In this document: positions 14,928 to 25,711 of the stretch, piece by piece
How the letters are laid out: each line of letters starts with the position of its first letter
Numbering within the stretch: position 1 is the first letter of the stretch
Source: an uncultured Anaerolinea sp.
GTDB lineage: Bacteria; Chloroflexota; Anaerolineae; Anaerolineales; Anaerolineaceae
NCBI GenBank assembly: GCA_964411135.1
Contig: CAYPJS010000078.1
Span: 111,495 to 175,494 of the forward strand
Length of the DNA stretch: 64,000 nt
Reading direction: 5' to 3'
The notes under the pieces: generated by a model
Databases searched by the model: none
Seen by the model: only the letters and a program-made list of their open reading frames with translations
Told to the model about the DNA's origin: nothing
Program-made: the position numbers and the translations under genes

Positions 14928-16127
14928 TCAGGGGTCTTTTTCTTTTAGATCTTTCTTTTCCAAAGCGGTCCCGCGCTGTACAATTCGCTTGCCAAACCGC
15001 CCCTTTAACTCATCCACCGCTGCCAGCAGCCTGCGCTCCTTTTCGTCGGGAGTATCCCATAAAGAAAGCTGCCAAGTCTCACTGCTAAGGCCGCTCACCC
15101 CGACCCCAAGCAGCCGGACTTTTCGCGTGCCATCCCAAATGCTTCCCAGCAATCCCTGGGCAGCTTTTAAAATCACCGCGTCTTGCGATGTAGGCTGAGG
15201 AAGCGAAAGTTGACGGGATTGAGTGCTGAAGTCAGGCCATCGGATTTTGATACGAACGGTGAGCGCGGTGAGATTGTTTTTTCGAAGTCGAAAGGCCACC
15301 TGCTCAGCCTGTTCTCTCATAACCCTATCAAGCACTATCGCATCGTCAACATCGCGGTCGAAGGTCACTTCCTGGCTGATGGATTTGATATCATGTTCAG
15401 GTTCAAGCGGGCTGTTATCAATCCCGCGGGCATGACGCGACAGGTCGTGCCCGTACTTGCCAAACAACTTCACCAGGTTCGATTCGGGTTCGCGAGCCAG
15501 ATCACCAATTGTGTGGATCCCCAGACTTTGGAAACGCGCCGCCGATTTAGGTCCAACTCCCCATAATGCCCGTACCGGTAATGGTGCCAGAAAAGCTGCT
15601 TCCCCTCCTAATGGAACTTCCGTTACAGCACATGGAGAGGTAGTGCCGCGGTGGCCCTCTTTTCCTGCATCCGTTGCAATTTTGGCTACCAGCTTGTTGG
15701 ATGCAATTCCGAGTGAGCAGGGCAAGTCCAGTTCCGTGCGAATTACTTGCTGTATTTCTCGTGCAATTTCCACGCCAGGACGCGGGATATCGCTGATATC
15801 CAGGAACGCTTCGTCAATAGAAATCTGTTCAATCAAGCCGGAATATCTTTTGATGATCTCCATTACTCGTTGGGAATAGTCAGAGTAGTGATGATGGTCG
15901 CCAGATATCAGGATCAGGTTTGGACAACGGCGAAGCGCCTGGCCTGTAGGCTGGGCGGAATGCACACCGCACATACGCGCCGCGTACGAACAGCTGGCAA
16001 TCACGCCTCTCGATTCAGCTCTGCCGCCTACAGCGAATGGCTTACCGCGGAGTTCGGGATGGCGCAATTCTTCCACCGAACAAAAGAACGCATCCAGATC
16101 CAGGTGAATAATCCTTCGGGCCGCCAT
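14928..16127 (-). CDS. dinB: DNA polymerase IV
   Basis: IHLDLDAFFCSVE, CSYAAR..GVHSA, SIDEAFLD, SNKLVAKIA, LWGVG, KSISQEVTF, VRLLGVGVS. Confidence 0.97.
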   Translation of the reverse strand: MAARRIIHLDLDAFFCSVEELRHPELRGKPFAVGGRAESRGVIASCSYAARMCGVHSAQPTGQALRRCPNLILISGDHHHYSDYSQRVMEIIKRYSGLIEQISIDEAFLDISDIPRPGVEIAREIQQVIRTELDLPCSLGIASNKLVAKIATDAGKEGHRGTTSPCAVTEVPLGGEAAFLAPLPVRALWGVGPKSAARFQSLGIHTIGDLAREPESNLVKLFGKYGHDLSRHARGIDNSPLEPEHDIKSISQEVTFDRDVDDAIVLDRVMREQAEQVAFRLRKNNLTALTVRIKIRWPDFSTQSRQLSLPQPTSQDAVILKAAQGLLGSIWDGTRKVRLLGVGVSGLSSETWQLSLWDTPDEKERRLLAAVDELKGRFGKRIVQRGTALEKKDLKEKDP

Positions 16128-16222
16128 CGACCGCCACTCCTATAATATATGAATTTCCGTCTGGTTTAAATTTACAAACACTTTGCAGTTTTGCAAATCT
16201 TTTTGTCTCTGCGCAACTCGGA

Positions 16223-16912
16223 TTACGGTTTGGTAGGAGGGTTTTCGAGTCGCAGACCATAGCCTCTAACGGTAACCAGGTACTCATGAGAGCGGTCAAT
16301 TGTCGCAAGCCGGTCGCGCAGGCGGCGTATAAGTGCATCCAGAGCTTGTTCCGATACTCCAGCGGACTCCAGGTCCCCCCAAACCGCCACCACCAATTCC
16401 TGGCGAGAAACAACTTTACCCTGGCTGTTGAAAAGCGCTTCCAATAACCGGAATTGAGGGACCGAAAGCGGTGGATTCAATTCCATGCCGTCCACCCATA
16501 CCCTTCTGGACAACGGCTCGAGAAGTAATCGCCCGGATCTAGCTCCATGCGTCTGGAATATTTCAGGCAGCGGCATCCCGGGTCCCAACGGCATGGTGGA
16601 ATCAGAGCTCAGGTAGACAAAATGCTGGATCATGGCAACCTGGATCTTATCGCCATCCTCCAGGAGGACGGGTTCATCAAGGCGGCTGCCGTTCCGGAAG
16701 GTGCCATTTTTACTTGCAAGGTCCTCTAATACCACCCCCTCTGGCGAAATGGCAATCCGCGCATGATACCGCGAAACCTGGCGGTCCTGGATGATAACCG
16801 AGCACGTTTCATCGCGCCCGATGAGGATTTCGTCAGCAATTTCCCAGCGGTTTCCGTTGAGAGGGCCTGCCTGACCAATGAGTACCGGTAAATCGGCGGT
16901 TACCTTTTTCAC
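16223..16912 (-). CDS. FHA domain + OmpR-type winged-helix transcriptional regulator
   Basis: FHA: IGRD, VSRYHA, SKNGTF; wHTH: VVSRQEL..AVWG, ALDALIRRLRDRL, VTVRGYG. Confidence 0.92.
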   Translation of the reverse strand: MKKVTADLPVLIGQAGPLNGNRWEIADEILIGRDETCSVIIQDRQVSRYHARIAISPEGVVLEDLASKNGTFRNGSRLDEPVLLEDGDKIQVAMIQHFVYLSSDSTMPLGPGMPLPEIFQTHGARSGRLLLEPLSRRVWVDGMELNPPLSVPQFRLLEALFNSQGKVVSRQELVVAVWGDLESAGVSEQALDALIRRLRDRLATIDRSHEYLVTVRGYGLRLENPPTKP

Positions 16913-17072
16913 TTTTCCCTCCCACAGTCCAAAATAGCTATGCCGGGCTTCTACCGGTGTACGGTATAATATAACAAAATTTCAGTGTTTTGTGTAAACG
17001 CTGACCTTTACCTGTCCGATCTGACGCCGAATATGAAGATCGGAATCTCGAATACCCAAGTAGGAAAAATCA

Positions 17073-18056
17073 ATGCCGTTACCCCTTAAATCGGGGGAAA
17101 TCCTGCGCGGTCGATACCGGATAAAACGGATTATCGGCCAGGGAGGGATGGGATCCATCTACCTGGCTGATGACGTCCGGTTGGAAGGCCGTCAGTGTGC
17201 CCTGAAAGAAGTTGAACACGATAAAACCTTACCGCCTGAATTGGCTCGCGAAGCCCGTGACCAATTCCTGCGCGAGGCAACCGTGTTGGCGCGTCTCGAC
17301 CATCCCAATCTTCCCAAGGTATCCGATTTTTTCTCAATCAGCAACCGTGACTACCTGGTTATGGATTATGTCCCTGGAAAAGATCTAAGAGCGTTGATCA
17401 GTGAAGCTCACCAGGAGAACCGGTTTCTTGCTGAAACCGATGTATTGAACTGGTCTGGCCAGCTGGCAAATGCAATTTCTTACCTGCACAGCCAAAATCC
17501 GCCAATATTGCACCGCGATATTAAACCGAGCAACCTCAAAATTACACCCGACGGACTGTTGAAACTCGTTGATTTCGGGCTGGTAAAACTGCTGGCGCCC
17601 GGAGAAATAACCATTACCGTGATGCAGGGCCAGGGGACGGCACTGTATACTCCGCTGGAACAGTATGGGGGAGACAGTGGTCATACGGATCTGCGCAGTG
17701 ACATTTACGCGTTCGGGGCAACCCTGTATCATTTGCTGACCAATGAACCGCCAGCCGACGCTCGCGAACGTTTCCTCAATCCATCAGCATTCATCCCGCC
17801 GCGGCAAATAAATCCCGATGTCAGTTTACGCACAGAACGCGCCATCCTGTGGGCGATGAGCTTACACCCGGATGAACGGCCTGAAACGGTAGAGTTTTTC
17901 CGCCAAAGTCTGATCAGCGATCGCCCAACACTTCCAAGGATGCGCACCAGCCCGACTTCACCCTGGAACTTTGTCAATTTCCCCCTGGAGCGTTCTCTGA
18001 TCGGAATTACGCTCGGATTGACGCTTATCAGTTTGTTGGTTACTTTGCTGCGCTAG
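17073..18056 (+). CDS. Hanks-type Ser/Thr protein kinase with C-terminal TM helix
   Basis: IGQGGMGSIY, ALKE, HRDIKPSN, DFG, GTALYTPLEQY, SDIYAFG; hydrophobic C-terminus. Confidence 0.95.
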   Translation: MPLPLKSGEILRGRYRIKRIIGQGGMGSIYLADDVRLEGRQCALKEVEHDKTLPPELAREARDQFLREATVLARLDHPNLPKVSDFFSISNRDYLVMDYVPGKDLRALISEAHQENRFLAETDVLNWSGQLANAISYLHSQNPPILHRDIKPSNLKITPDGLLKLVDFGLVKLLAPGEITITVMQGQGTALYTPLEQYGGDSGHTDLRSDIYAFGATLYHLLTNEPPADARERFLNPSAFIPPRQINPDVSLRTERAILWAMSLHPDERPETVEFFRQSLISDRPTLPRMRTSPTSPWNFVNFPLERSLIGITLGLTLISLLVTLLR

Positions 18057-20859
18057 GCGGACCTGCATGGTTACGGGCAATCCGGTACTGCCACAACCAT
18101 CCAGCACCCCACCCTACCAATACTCCAACCGCGCAGGCTAATAATACACCCCAGGTTCCTCCGAGTGTGAAAAGGTTGATGGCACTGAACCAGCCTGTGG
18201 CAAGGTACAGGTAAGCCAGCATACCTCCCACTACCGCCATCAATCCCCAGCGTACACCCCAACGCAATGAAACCATTTTTTGACCAATTCGGGTGATGCC
18301 CGCTGCACTGCCCCAGATCAATACCAACGATAGGAACCAGTCCCCGGCATGCGGCCTGACCGGACCGGGATCCACGGGGGTTGGCTCGGGGGTCGGTGAA
18401 GGCTCAATCGTAGGGGTAGGCAGCTGTGTTTCTGTTACTGCAGGAGTCGGGTTGATGGGGGTTACCACCGCTCCTTCTCCCTCTGTAATATTGAGGGTCA
18501 ACCCTTGCGAGAGGATCGCTGGTTCTGAAATTACACGAATCTCAAGGGCACCAATGCCGGTGATCTCATAAGTTCCGTGTGCGATGCCTTCAGTGGTTAC
18601 AGTCTCTTCGATCTGCTGAGTGGTTGAATTCTCGCCTTGCACGGAAAAAACAAAACGAACAACCGTGCCATCCGGCACAGGATTTCCGTTTTTATCAAAA
18701 ATCACGCCGGCACGGAGGGGAATCGTATCGCCAATTTTAAATACCGGAGCCATGTCAGGTTCAGGTGTCCCGGTTCCGCTGAACGGTGTTGGTTCCGGTA
18801 GATCTATGGACAGTGGAATAATCTGATTAGGGTCAGGAGCGGTAGCCTTGATCAAGTCATATCCAACGCCCGGGACCGAGACTGGCAAAGCTCCGGAAGG
18901 GGTCAATTCTTTAAATAATACGCGGGCGGCAACATCCACAAAAGCGCTCGTTTTGGAATAAACTCCAAAATACGCGGTTAACTTGGCAATATCCGTCGCA
19001 TCCAGGTAGTAGGGTGCATTGAAAGCGAAACCCACAAGCTTCTTATCCCGCACCAGATCATAACGCTCTGAGAGAAGTCGGTTCAGGGCACGCGAGCTAT
19101 CCAGCGAAGAAGGCTCATCTTGCATCACAAAGATTACCCAGTCGGACTCAGCAAGATGCACCCCTAAGACTGCCGAACCATCCGGATCATTCAGATAGCT
19201 GATCAAATCCAGATAAGTATAGGCATGAATCATCGATTCATTCATTTGGCCGCCCGCACTCGGGCCAAATAACCGTATGATCGAGTTCTTAAATGCATTC
19301 ACATCCAGATAGGATTGCTCGGCGCAAATGCTGCACTGACGTGCGTTTCGGACATCAGTAAAGATGACGATGGGTTCGTGCGGGTCCGGAGGGTTCGGCA
19401 TCCCCGCCTCCAGGTTTTGCTCGCTTGGGCTAATGAGCGTAATTGCACGGCGTGCGATTTCAAAGGTTGTAGCCTGGGATGTTCCCACATCCTCAATCGC
19501 TTGCGCATCCGGCAGAACAGCCTCAAGGGTAAAATCCGGATAGAGTTTGTATTTCAAAGATAAAATCCGCTCCACAGATCGGTCAACCCGCTCAGCAAAT
19601 GCGGGGTCCTCGCGGTATTTTTGCGCAAAAGAAGCCAGAGTTTTAATGACCGTTGTCTCTTGATTAGGGTCAACGGCTTCAATGAAATTATTCAAATACA
19701 GCAGGTCATTCCCGGCCATAAATGCATTGCGTGCCACTGTTCTGGCGTCGAAGGTCTGCATGGTTGGATCATAAAACCGGCGAACCGCATTGGACCCCAG
19801 GTTATCGCTAACCACCAGGCCTCCCTGTTCATACCAACCGGCAATCGGGTCCAGACTGAGGACCAATTCCAAAGCTGCCGAATCAAGGCTGACCGGAGGG
19901 GTTACATCCCGAATATTATCCCTCAGCCCCTGGTAACGAATATGGGACACCAGCAGACCATCGGCAGTTGATAATGGATCTGTTTCCGGATCGGTTACCG
20001 CAAAGAAAGGTGCTAGATCAACCTGCTTCAATTGTTCAAGGGGTTTTCGAACCGTTGCGACCTCTTCTTCAGGCAAGCGGTCGGAGCTGCCGCGTCCCGG
20101 GAAGTGTTTGGCGATTACCGCAAGCTCCTCGCGGCTGCCCAGGTGAACTCCACGGATGTAAGCCTTACCCATTTCACTTACCCAATATGGGTCTCCCCCG
20201 AAAGTCCGGACCCCGAGGTCATCTCCACTGCCGCTGGCTGTCATCTCAAGGACATCAAGCGATGGCCCAAGCAGCATATTAAAACCGATTGTGCGCAGTT
20301 CCTTGCCCATAACCAGACCAGCCGCCTGCGCCAGCTGTGTATCCCAGGTGGCACCGATTGCCATCATACTTGGAACCGCAGTTAATCCATTCCGAATCTG
20401 GTCAAACGGGTATGAGTCACCTTCCTGCGATATGCCAACAAAAACAGGGATATAAATACCGCTATTGTCCACGTCCGCTTGTCCATCTGGTGGTGTACCA
20501 GCCTGGGTAACCTGCCAGCCGATGGTTTGCAACCCCTTTACCAGCTCCGCTGCGTTCGAGGCCGTATTGTTCGGACCCACAAAATTGTCGTTGTCTGCAC
20601 GTAAAATAACGCCGCCAATGTAATGATCCGCGATTAGCCGGTAAATCCCGGATCCATCGCCGATATCCGTACCATCAAAAGAAACCAGAAAGAGCTGGCC
20701 AACTTTTTGCTCAGGTGTCATATTGACCATCAAAGCCTGCGCTTTGGCAACAGCGTCAACGACCTGACCAGTTTGATCGGCATAAACCTTCCCAGCGAAC
20801 GGCAGACAAAGGGAGGGTATCAATATTAGTAAAAAGATAGCACGCCAATTAAATTTCAT
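18040..20859 (-). CDS. Secreted, C-terminally anchored glycoside hydrolase family 3 (NagZ-like) protein
   Basis: Signal peptide; KVGQLF, QEG, MAIGAT, RTFGGDP, AKHFPG, VSDNL; Pro/Thr linker and three C-terminal TM segments. Confidence 0.88.
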   Translation of the reverse strand: MKFNWRAIFLLILIPSLCLPFAGKVYADQTGQVVDAVAKAQALMVNMTPEQKVGQLFLVSFDGTDIGDGSGIYRLIADHYIGGVILRADNDNFVGPNNTASNAAELVKGLQTIGWQVTQAGTPPDGQADVDNSGIYIPVFVGISQEGDSYPFDQIRNGLTAVPSMMAIGATWDTQLAQAAGLVMGKELRTIGFNMLLGPSLDVLEMTASGSGDDLGVRTFGGDPYWVSEMGKAYIRGVHLGSREELAVIAKHFPGRGSSDRLPEEEVATVRKPLEQLKQVDLAPFFAVTDPETDPLSTADGLLVSHIRYQGLRDNIRDVTPPVSLDSAALELVLSLDPIAGWYEQGGLVVSDNLGSNAVRRFYDPTMQTFDARTVARNAFMAGNDLLYLNNFIEAVDPNQETTVIKTLASFAQKYREDPAFAERVDRSVERILSLKYKLYPDFTLEAVLPDAQAIEDVGTSQATTFEIARRAITLISPSEQNLEAGMPNPPDPHEPIVIFTDVRNARQCSICAEQSYLDVNAFKNSIIRLFGPSAGGQMNESMIHAYTYLDLISYLNDPDGSAVLGVHLAESDWVIFVMQDEPSSLDSSRALNRLLSERYDLVRDKKLVGFAFNAPYYLDATDIAKLTAYFGVYSKTSAFVDVAARVLFKELTPSGALPVSVPGVGYDLIKATAPDPNQIIPLSIDLPEPTPFSGTGTPEPDMAPVFKIGDTIPLRAGVIFDKNGNPVPDGTVVRFVFSVQGENSTTQQIEETVTTEGIAHGTYEITGIGALEIRVISEPAILSQGLTLNITEGEGAVVTPINPTPAVTETQLPTPTIEPSPTPEPTPVDPGPVRPHAGDWFLSLVLIWGSAAGITRIGQKMVSLRWGVRWGLMAVVGGMLAYLYLATGWFSAINLFTLGGTWGVLLACAVGVLVGWGAGWLWQYRIARNHAGPPSAAK

Positions 20860-21830
20860 GCAGATTGATTGAAAGATTTCATCTGTGTATATGGTCGAGA
20901 GATAATCGATTTATGCAGCTCGGGTTGAATATTACCGCCGGAAATGAGGATTACGGCTGGCAAAGCGCTAATCATCCCGTTCAAAACGGCTGCCAGAGAG
21001 ACAGCAGCAGATCCTTCGATAATCTCATGGTGACGCTCCCAGGCATACCGAATGGCTTCTTCAATACTGATTTCACTCACCAAAAGAATTTCGTCTGCCA
21101 TTTCGCGAGTGCCTGGGATTGTGATTGAGTTGGCTTCTATTTTACCCGCAAGACCATCAGCAAGGCTGTCCCATTCTACAACCGAATCCTGCAGATTTCC
21201 ATGAAATACTGCATGCATAAAAGAGGATGCTTCAGATTGAACCCCGATGATCTGGCAGTTGTGTCCGAGAGATCGTAATGCCATCGCCACTCCACAAATC
21301 AATCCTCCCCCGCCAACTGGAACGATTACAGACTTAACATCAAAGGGATCGATTTGTTCCACAAGTTCGAAACCGATGGATGCTTGTCCGGCGATGACCT
21401 GGCCGTCATTGTAAGGTGAAACCCAGGTTCGGCCTGTTTCCTGCGCATATGCCAACCCGGCCGTTTCTGCACCTGCATACCCTCCGGGAACAAAACGCAC
21501 CTCAGCGCCAAGCGCTTGCATGGCTTTGACTTTAGCCTCCACAGCATGATCGCTTGCAAAGATTATGGTCGAGACACCAAATTCGCGGGCAGCATAGGCT
21601 ACACCCTGGCCATGATTCCCGGCAGAGGCAGTTACCAATCCCCGGTCACGTTCCCATGGGAGCAGGTGCGCTACTTTATTCCAGGCACCGCGAACCTTGA
21701 ACGAGCCGGTAAGCTGGCAATTCTCCCACTTGATGTATGAGCTCAGTTCCGGGTCAAACGTGACAGGCGTAACGCGGACCTGGTTTGATAGCGTTCGTCG
21801 GGCTTCCACCAGCCATTCTTGAGGGATCAT
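20856..21830 (-). CDS. PLP-dependent threonine/serine dehydratase family enzyme
   Basis: KWENCQLTGSFKVRGA, ASAGNHGQG, VPVGGGGL, EGSAA, SGGN. Confidence 0.92.
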   Translation of the reverse strand: MIPQEWLVEARRTLSNQVRVTPVTFDPELSSYIKWENCQLTGSFKVRGAWNKVAHLLPWERDRGLVTASAGNHGQGVAYAAREFGVSTIIFASDHAVEAKVKAMQALGAEVRFVPGGYAGAETAGLAYAQETGRTWVSPYNDGQVIAGQASIGFELVEQIDPFDVKSVIVPVGGGGLICGVAMALRSLGHNCQIIGVQSEASSFMHAVFHGNLQDSVVEWDSLADGLAGKIEANSITIPGTREMADEILLVSEISIEEAIRYAWERHHEIIEGSAAVSLAAVLNGMISALPAVILISGGNIQPELHKSIISRPYTQMKSFNQSA

Positions 21831-22576
21831 CCTTCACCGCGGACCGTTAACGCCAGCAGTGGATCGTCGGTGATGATTCCCTCGACTCCCAAACCAATCA
21901 GGCGGCCCATTTCGGCTGAATCGTTAACCGTCCAGACGTTCAATTTCCTGCCAACAGCAGTTTCTCGTTTTAAAAGCTGCGGTGTCACATCTCTAAAGTG
22001 GGGATGCGAATATTCAGGAGAAACCCAACGGCTGAACCCGGATCGGTTGATTGCTCCAGAAAGCCCGGGCAAGGACAGGATTCCCATCGGGGCAGCAGGC
22101 CAGAGCTTACGAACAGCAGACAGATTGGACTGGAGGAATGAAGAAAAGATAACAGTGTCTTCAATTTTGAACTTGCGTACCAAATCAACGGCCTTCTCGG
22201 GTAATCCGTCGAATGGAGATTGATAGTTCGTAAGTTCAATATTGATGATCATCTTCCCACCCACCGCAACAAACACCTCTGCCAGGGTTGGGATCTTTTC
22301 ACCCTTGAAAATTGGTGATTTCCAACTTCCTGCATCCATCATGTGAAGTTGCGCAATGGTCAAATTACGCACCAGCCCCTTATTGCCTGTGGTCCGGTCG
22401 ACAGTTTGATCGTGAATCACCACAATTTCGCCGTCCGCACTTAATTTTGCATCCAACTCGATCCCATCCGCACCTTGATCGAGGGCCAATTTGAAGGCAG
22501 CCAGCGTATTTTCAGGGGCGTAAGCGCTGGCCCCGCGGTGCGCGTAAATCATCGGTCGGACGCGGCCTGTCTTCAT
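21827..22576 (-). CDS. Glycerophosphodiester phosphodiesterase
   Basis: AHRGAS..APENTLAAF, IELD, HD.TVDRTT, IPTL.E, NIELT, WTVND, IITDDP. Confidence 0.93.
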   Translation of the reverse strand: MKTGRVRPMIYAHRGASAYAPENTLAAFKLALDQGADGIELDAKLSADGEIVVIHDQTVDRTTGNKGLVRNLTIAQLHMMDAGSWKSPIFKGEKIPTLAEVFVAVGGKMIINIELTNYQSPFDGLPEKAVDLVRKFKIEDTVIFSSFLQSNLSAVRKLWPAAPMGILSLPGLSGAINRSGFSRWVSPEYSHPHFRDVTPQLLKRETAVGRKLNVWTVNDSAEMGRLIGLGVEGIITDDPLLALTVRGEG

Positions 22577-23919
22577 CAGCCGAGGTCAACAAAGTATGAC
22601 TGGATCGCGCGGTCGATTAATTCAGGGGTCATTTCAGGGTCTTTTCCAAGGTAGCGGGCAATATCCAGAATTTGATCCGCTAAATCGCGGGGATGGTTGG
22701 CACGTAATTTATGATTGCCCTTGACGTAATGTTCCTTCAAAAGGTGGGTTAACCCTGCCTCACTGTACTTGACACCTTTTTGTTCAGTTACCCGTTTAAA
22801 TATTTCCCGGAATTCATCGACGGTTGGATCGATTACTTCGATCTTGTGCCGCAGGCGGCGCAGGAAGGCTTCGTCGACCAGATCGCGTGGGGGAAGGTTG
22901 GTTGAGAAGATCACCAGCACATCGAAAGGCACTTCAAATTTACGACCCGTGTGCATGGTCATGTAATCGATTCGATTTTCAAGGGGAACAATCCAACGGT
23001 TCAGCAGATCGCGCGGACGCACTTGCTGGCGTCCAAAGTCATCAATCAACAGGATGCCGCCGTTGGCTTTTACCTGGAAGGGTGCTTCGTAATATTTAAG
23101 CGTGTCATCAAAAACTAAGTCCAGGCCTGCCATAGTCAACTCACCACCGGTGACAATAAACGGACGGTTGATCTGGACCCACCTTGGATCGCGCCGGTTT
23201 GCCGCCCGCAAGTTGCCTGTACCATTTGAGGTAATATCTTCCTCGCCTGACAGGGTGTGGTTTACCGAGTCGTACAACTTGATTACCTGTCCGTCAACAT
23301 ACAATGCATACGGGATGAACATTTTTTGAACTTGCACCATGTTGCCGACCGCGCGTGCAACGGTGGTTTTGCCATTGCCGGGAGGACCGTACAGGAAGAT
23401 TGATGTTCCCGAATTGACTGCCGGACCCAGCCGGTTGTAGGTTGCCTCAGAAAGAACCAGGGATGATAGCACCTGCCGCATTATACGGTTCGTGACCTGC
23501 ATATGCCCGCGGCTTTGCGCATGGATCGACTCAATATATTTATCCAGTGGAACAGGCGCTGGTCCAGCGTACTGGCTGCGTTCAAGTGCTTCCCGTGCCC
23601 GGGCAATTCCAGCACCAGTAATGGCATACACATAACCGCCTTCTCCAAGGCCCATCTGTGAAGACCGAACCTCAAGCGATTTTTCGCGTTTTAAGGTTTC
23701 CAGGATTTGATCCAAGACGCCAGAGAACGGTAAAGCGATCTCTTCAGCCAGTTTGAATCCACTCATGTACCCCTGAAAGTAATAAATCTTCAAAACAAGG
23801 TCTTGAAGCCAGAGCGGAGACAATCCCGTCTCATCCACGCTGGTAACCGGTGCAGGTGAAAACCCAACATTGGCTTGCGATGGGGAATTTATGGTGGATT
23901 TATTTCCGAAGACGACCAT
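22576..23919 (-). CDS. AAA+ ATPase of unknown function with N-terminal helical/wH region
   Basis: Walker A GPPGNGKT, Walker B ILLIDDFG, sensor-1 FSTNL, Arg finger DEAFLRR, YEAPFQVKANGG. Confidence 0.88.
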   Translation of the reverse strand: MVVFGNKSTINSPSQANVGFSPAPVTSVDETGLSPLWLQDLVLKIYYFQGYMSGFKLAEEIALPFSGVLDQILETLKREKSLEVRSSQMGLGEGGYVYAITGAGIARAREALERSQYAGPAPVPLDKYIESIHAQSRGHMQVTNRIMRQVLSSLVLSEATYNRLGPAVNSGTSIFLYGPPGNGKTTVARAVGNMVQVQKMFIPYALYVDGQVIKLYDSVNHTLSGEEDITSNGTGNLRAANRRDPRWVQINRPFIVTGGELTMAGLDLVFDDTLKYYEAPFQVKANGGILLIDDFGRQQVRPRDLLNRWIVPLENRIDYMTMHTGRKFEVPFDVLVIFSTNLPPRDLVDEAFLRRLRHKIEVIDPTVDEFREIFKRVTEQKGVKYSEAGLTHLLKEHYVKGNHKLRANHPRDLADQILDIARYLGKDPEMTPELIDRAIQSYFVDLG

Positions 23920-24079
23920 TTCGCTTCTCCTTATAATAACAATTCAAAAAATGGATTTGCTATACCTTCACCCCCAGGGTGTGACAGCCCTGCTGGACGA
24001 ACTTGGAATTACCGTCATCCAAAAAATTATAGCACGCATAGCTTGTAATAATGGATTTTTTAGCCTATAATCGGCCCCG

Positions 24080-24763
24080 ATGAACGTTACCGTATTGATC
24101 CCTGCCTACAATGAAATAAAAACGATTCGCGAAATTATCCAGCGGGTGAAAGAAACCGGGAGAATCAGCGAGATTCTGGTGGTCGATGATGGATCGACTG
24201 ATGGTACCCGCGAAATCCTCAAAGAATTAACCGAACATGGTGACATCCGTTCAATCTTTCATGAGAAAAATGGCGGAAAAGGCGCTGCACTGCGCACCGG
24301 AATCCAAAATGCAACCGGGGATGTCATTATCATTCAGGATGCTGACCTGGAATATAACCCAAATGAATACCCGAACCTACTGAAACCTATCGAAGATGGG
24401 ATTGCGGATGTGGTTTACGGTTCACGTTTTTTGGGTCAGGCACGCCGCCCAATCCTGTTCTGGAATATGGTAGCCAACAAGATCCTGACATTCTTCACGA
24501 ATATCTTGTATAACAACATCCTGAGTGACATGGAAACCGGTTACAAGGTCTTCAAACGCGAAATGATTAAGGATATTCCCCTGCGGGCACACCGCTTCGA
24601 TTTTGAACCGGAATTCACCGCCAAAATCCTCAAGCGGAAATTCCGCCTGTATGAGGTACCGATCGCCTTCTACCCGCGGGATTATTCAGAAGGCAAGAAA
24701 ATCAAAATGTGGGATGCGTTTGAAGCTTTATGGGCGCTGATTAAGTACCGCTTTGTGGATTAA
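24080..24763 (+). CDS. Glycosyltransferase family 2 (DPM1-like)
   Basis: [43 protein letters not shown]. Confidence 0.93.
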   Translation: MNVTVLIPAYNEIKTIREIIQRVKETGRISEILVVDDGSTDGTREILKELTEHGDIRSIFHEKNGGKGAALRTGIQNATGDVIIIQDADLEYNPNEYPNLLKPIEDGIADVVYGSRFLGQARRPILFWNMVANKILTFFTNILYNNILSDMETGYKVFKREMIKDIPLRAHRFDFEPEFTAKILKRKFRLYEVPIAFYPRDYSEGKKIKMWDAFEALWALIKYRFVD

Positions 24764-25700
24764 CCTTCTGCAGTCGGCGCAGCTGCACCAACACTGTGCC
24801 AATGGTTACCAGAAGGATTCCCCCGATCTCAAGCCCGCTCAGGTCTTCCCCAGAGAAAATCCAACCTAGAATAGCAATCTGCACTGTCATCGTATTGTTG
24901 ATGACGGAAGTTTCCATCGCAATGAGAGTCCGCTGGGTGTAATTCCATAAAGTGAAGGCGAAAGCGGTGTTCACAACCGCCATCCAGATAATTGCAGCCC
25001 AACTTAAAATACTGATTTTAGGTAATCCCTGGATCAGGATACCGCTGGTAAGCATCAATACGGCACCGATAGCCATGCTTACGCCCGTTACCACAATAGG
25101 TGGGATGCTTCCGGAACGATTGAGCTGCCGACCGACCAATGTCCCGGCTGAATTTGCGAGCATACTGATCAGAATGATGATTATTCCCAACCAATCCTGC
25201 CCTGTGAAGGCAGGCGGGTAAAAGAACAACCCGATCCCTGCCAGGCTGAGTACCACCCCAATCCACTGCAATCGAGTCGGGGCTTCTGCGAGCAGGATTA
25301 CGCCAGCCCCGGCAACCACAATAGCCGTCAGATTCAGCAGCAGGCTGGCAGACGCCATAGAAAGATAAACCAGGCCAAGGTACTGGGCTCCCTGAGCGAT
25401 CGCATAAAACACGATGCCCATCAGAATCAACAATACCCACTGACGGCGGTCCATCCTGCGCATGGATGCACGGGTTTGCGGTCTGAAAAGAAAGGGCAGC
25501 AGACACGCAGCTGCGATCGTATAACGCAGACCTGCAAAGGTCATGGCAGGCACTTCACGCAAGCCGAAGCGGATTAACACCCAGGATGTCGACCACAAAA
25601 ACGTCACAAGCAATGCCAGTCCGATGGCACCGGTACGCGATGGACTCCTGGTTTGCGGAGCAGCAGCGGCGTTAATCTCTGAAGTGGATTCGGTAGTCAT
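24741..25700 (-). CDS. DMT/EamA family transporter
   Basis: LWSTSWV, AGLRY; about ten TM helices with internal duplication; ATG 25700 chosen. Confidence 0.9.
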   Translation of the reverse strand: MTTESTSEINAAAAPQTRSPSRTGAIGLALLVTFLWSTSWVLIRFGLREVPAMTFAGLRYTIAAACLLPFLFRPQTRASMRRMDRRQWVLLILMGIVFYAIAQGAQYLGLVYLSMASASLLLNLTAIVVAGAGVILLAEAPTRLQWIGVVLSLAGIGLFFYPPAFTGQDWLGIIIILISMLANSAGTLVGRQLNRSGSIPPIVVTGVSMAIGAVLMLTSGILIQGLPKISILSWAAIIWMAVVNTAFAFTLWNYTQRTLIAMETSVINNTMTVQIAILGWIFSGEDLSGLEIGGILLVTIGTVLVQLRRLQKVNPQSGT

Positions 25701-25711
25701 GGGCAAATGGT

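Noticed and set aside
16128-16222. LexA box upstream of dinB
   Set aside because: Only a short TTTGCA-N4-TGCAAA palindrome; nothing matching GAAC-N4-GTTC.
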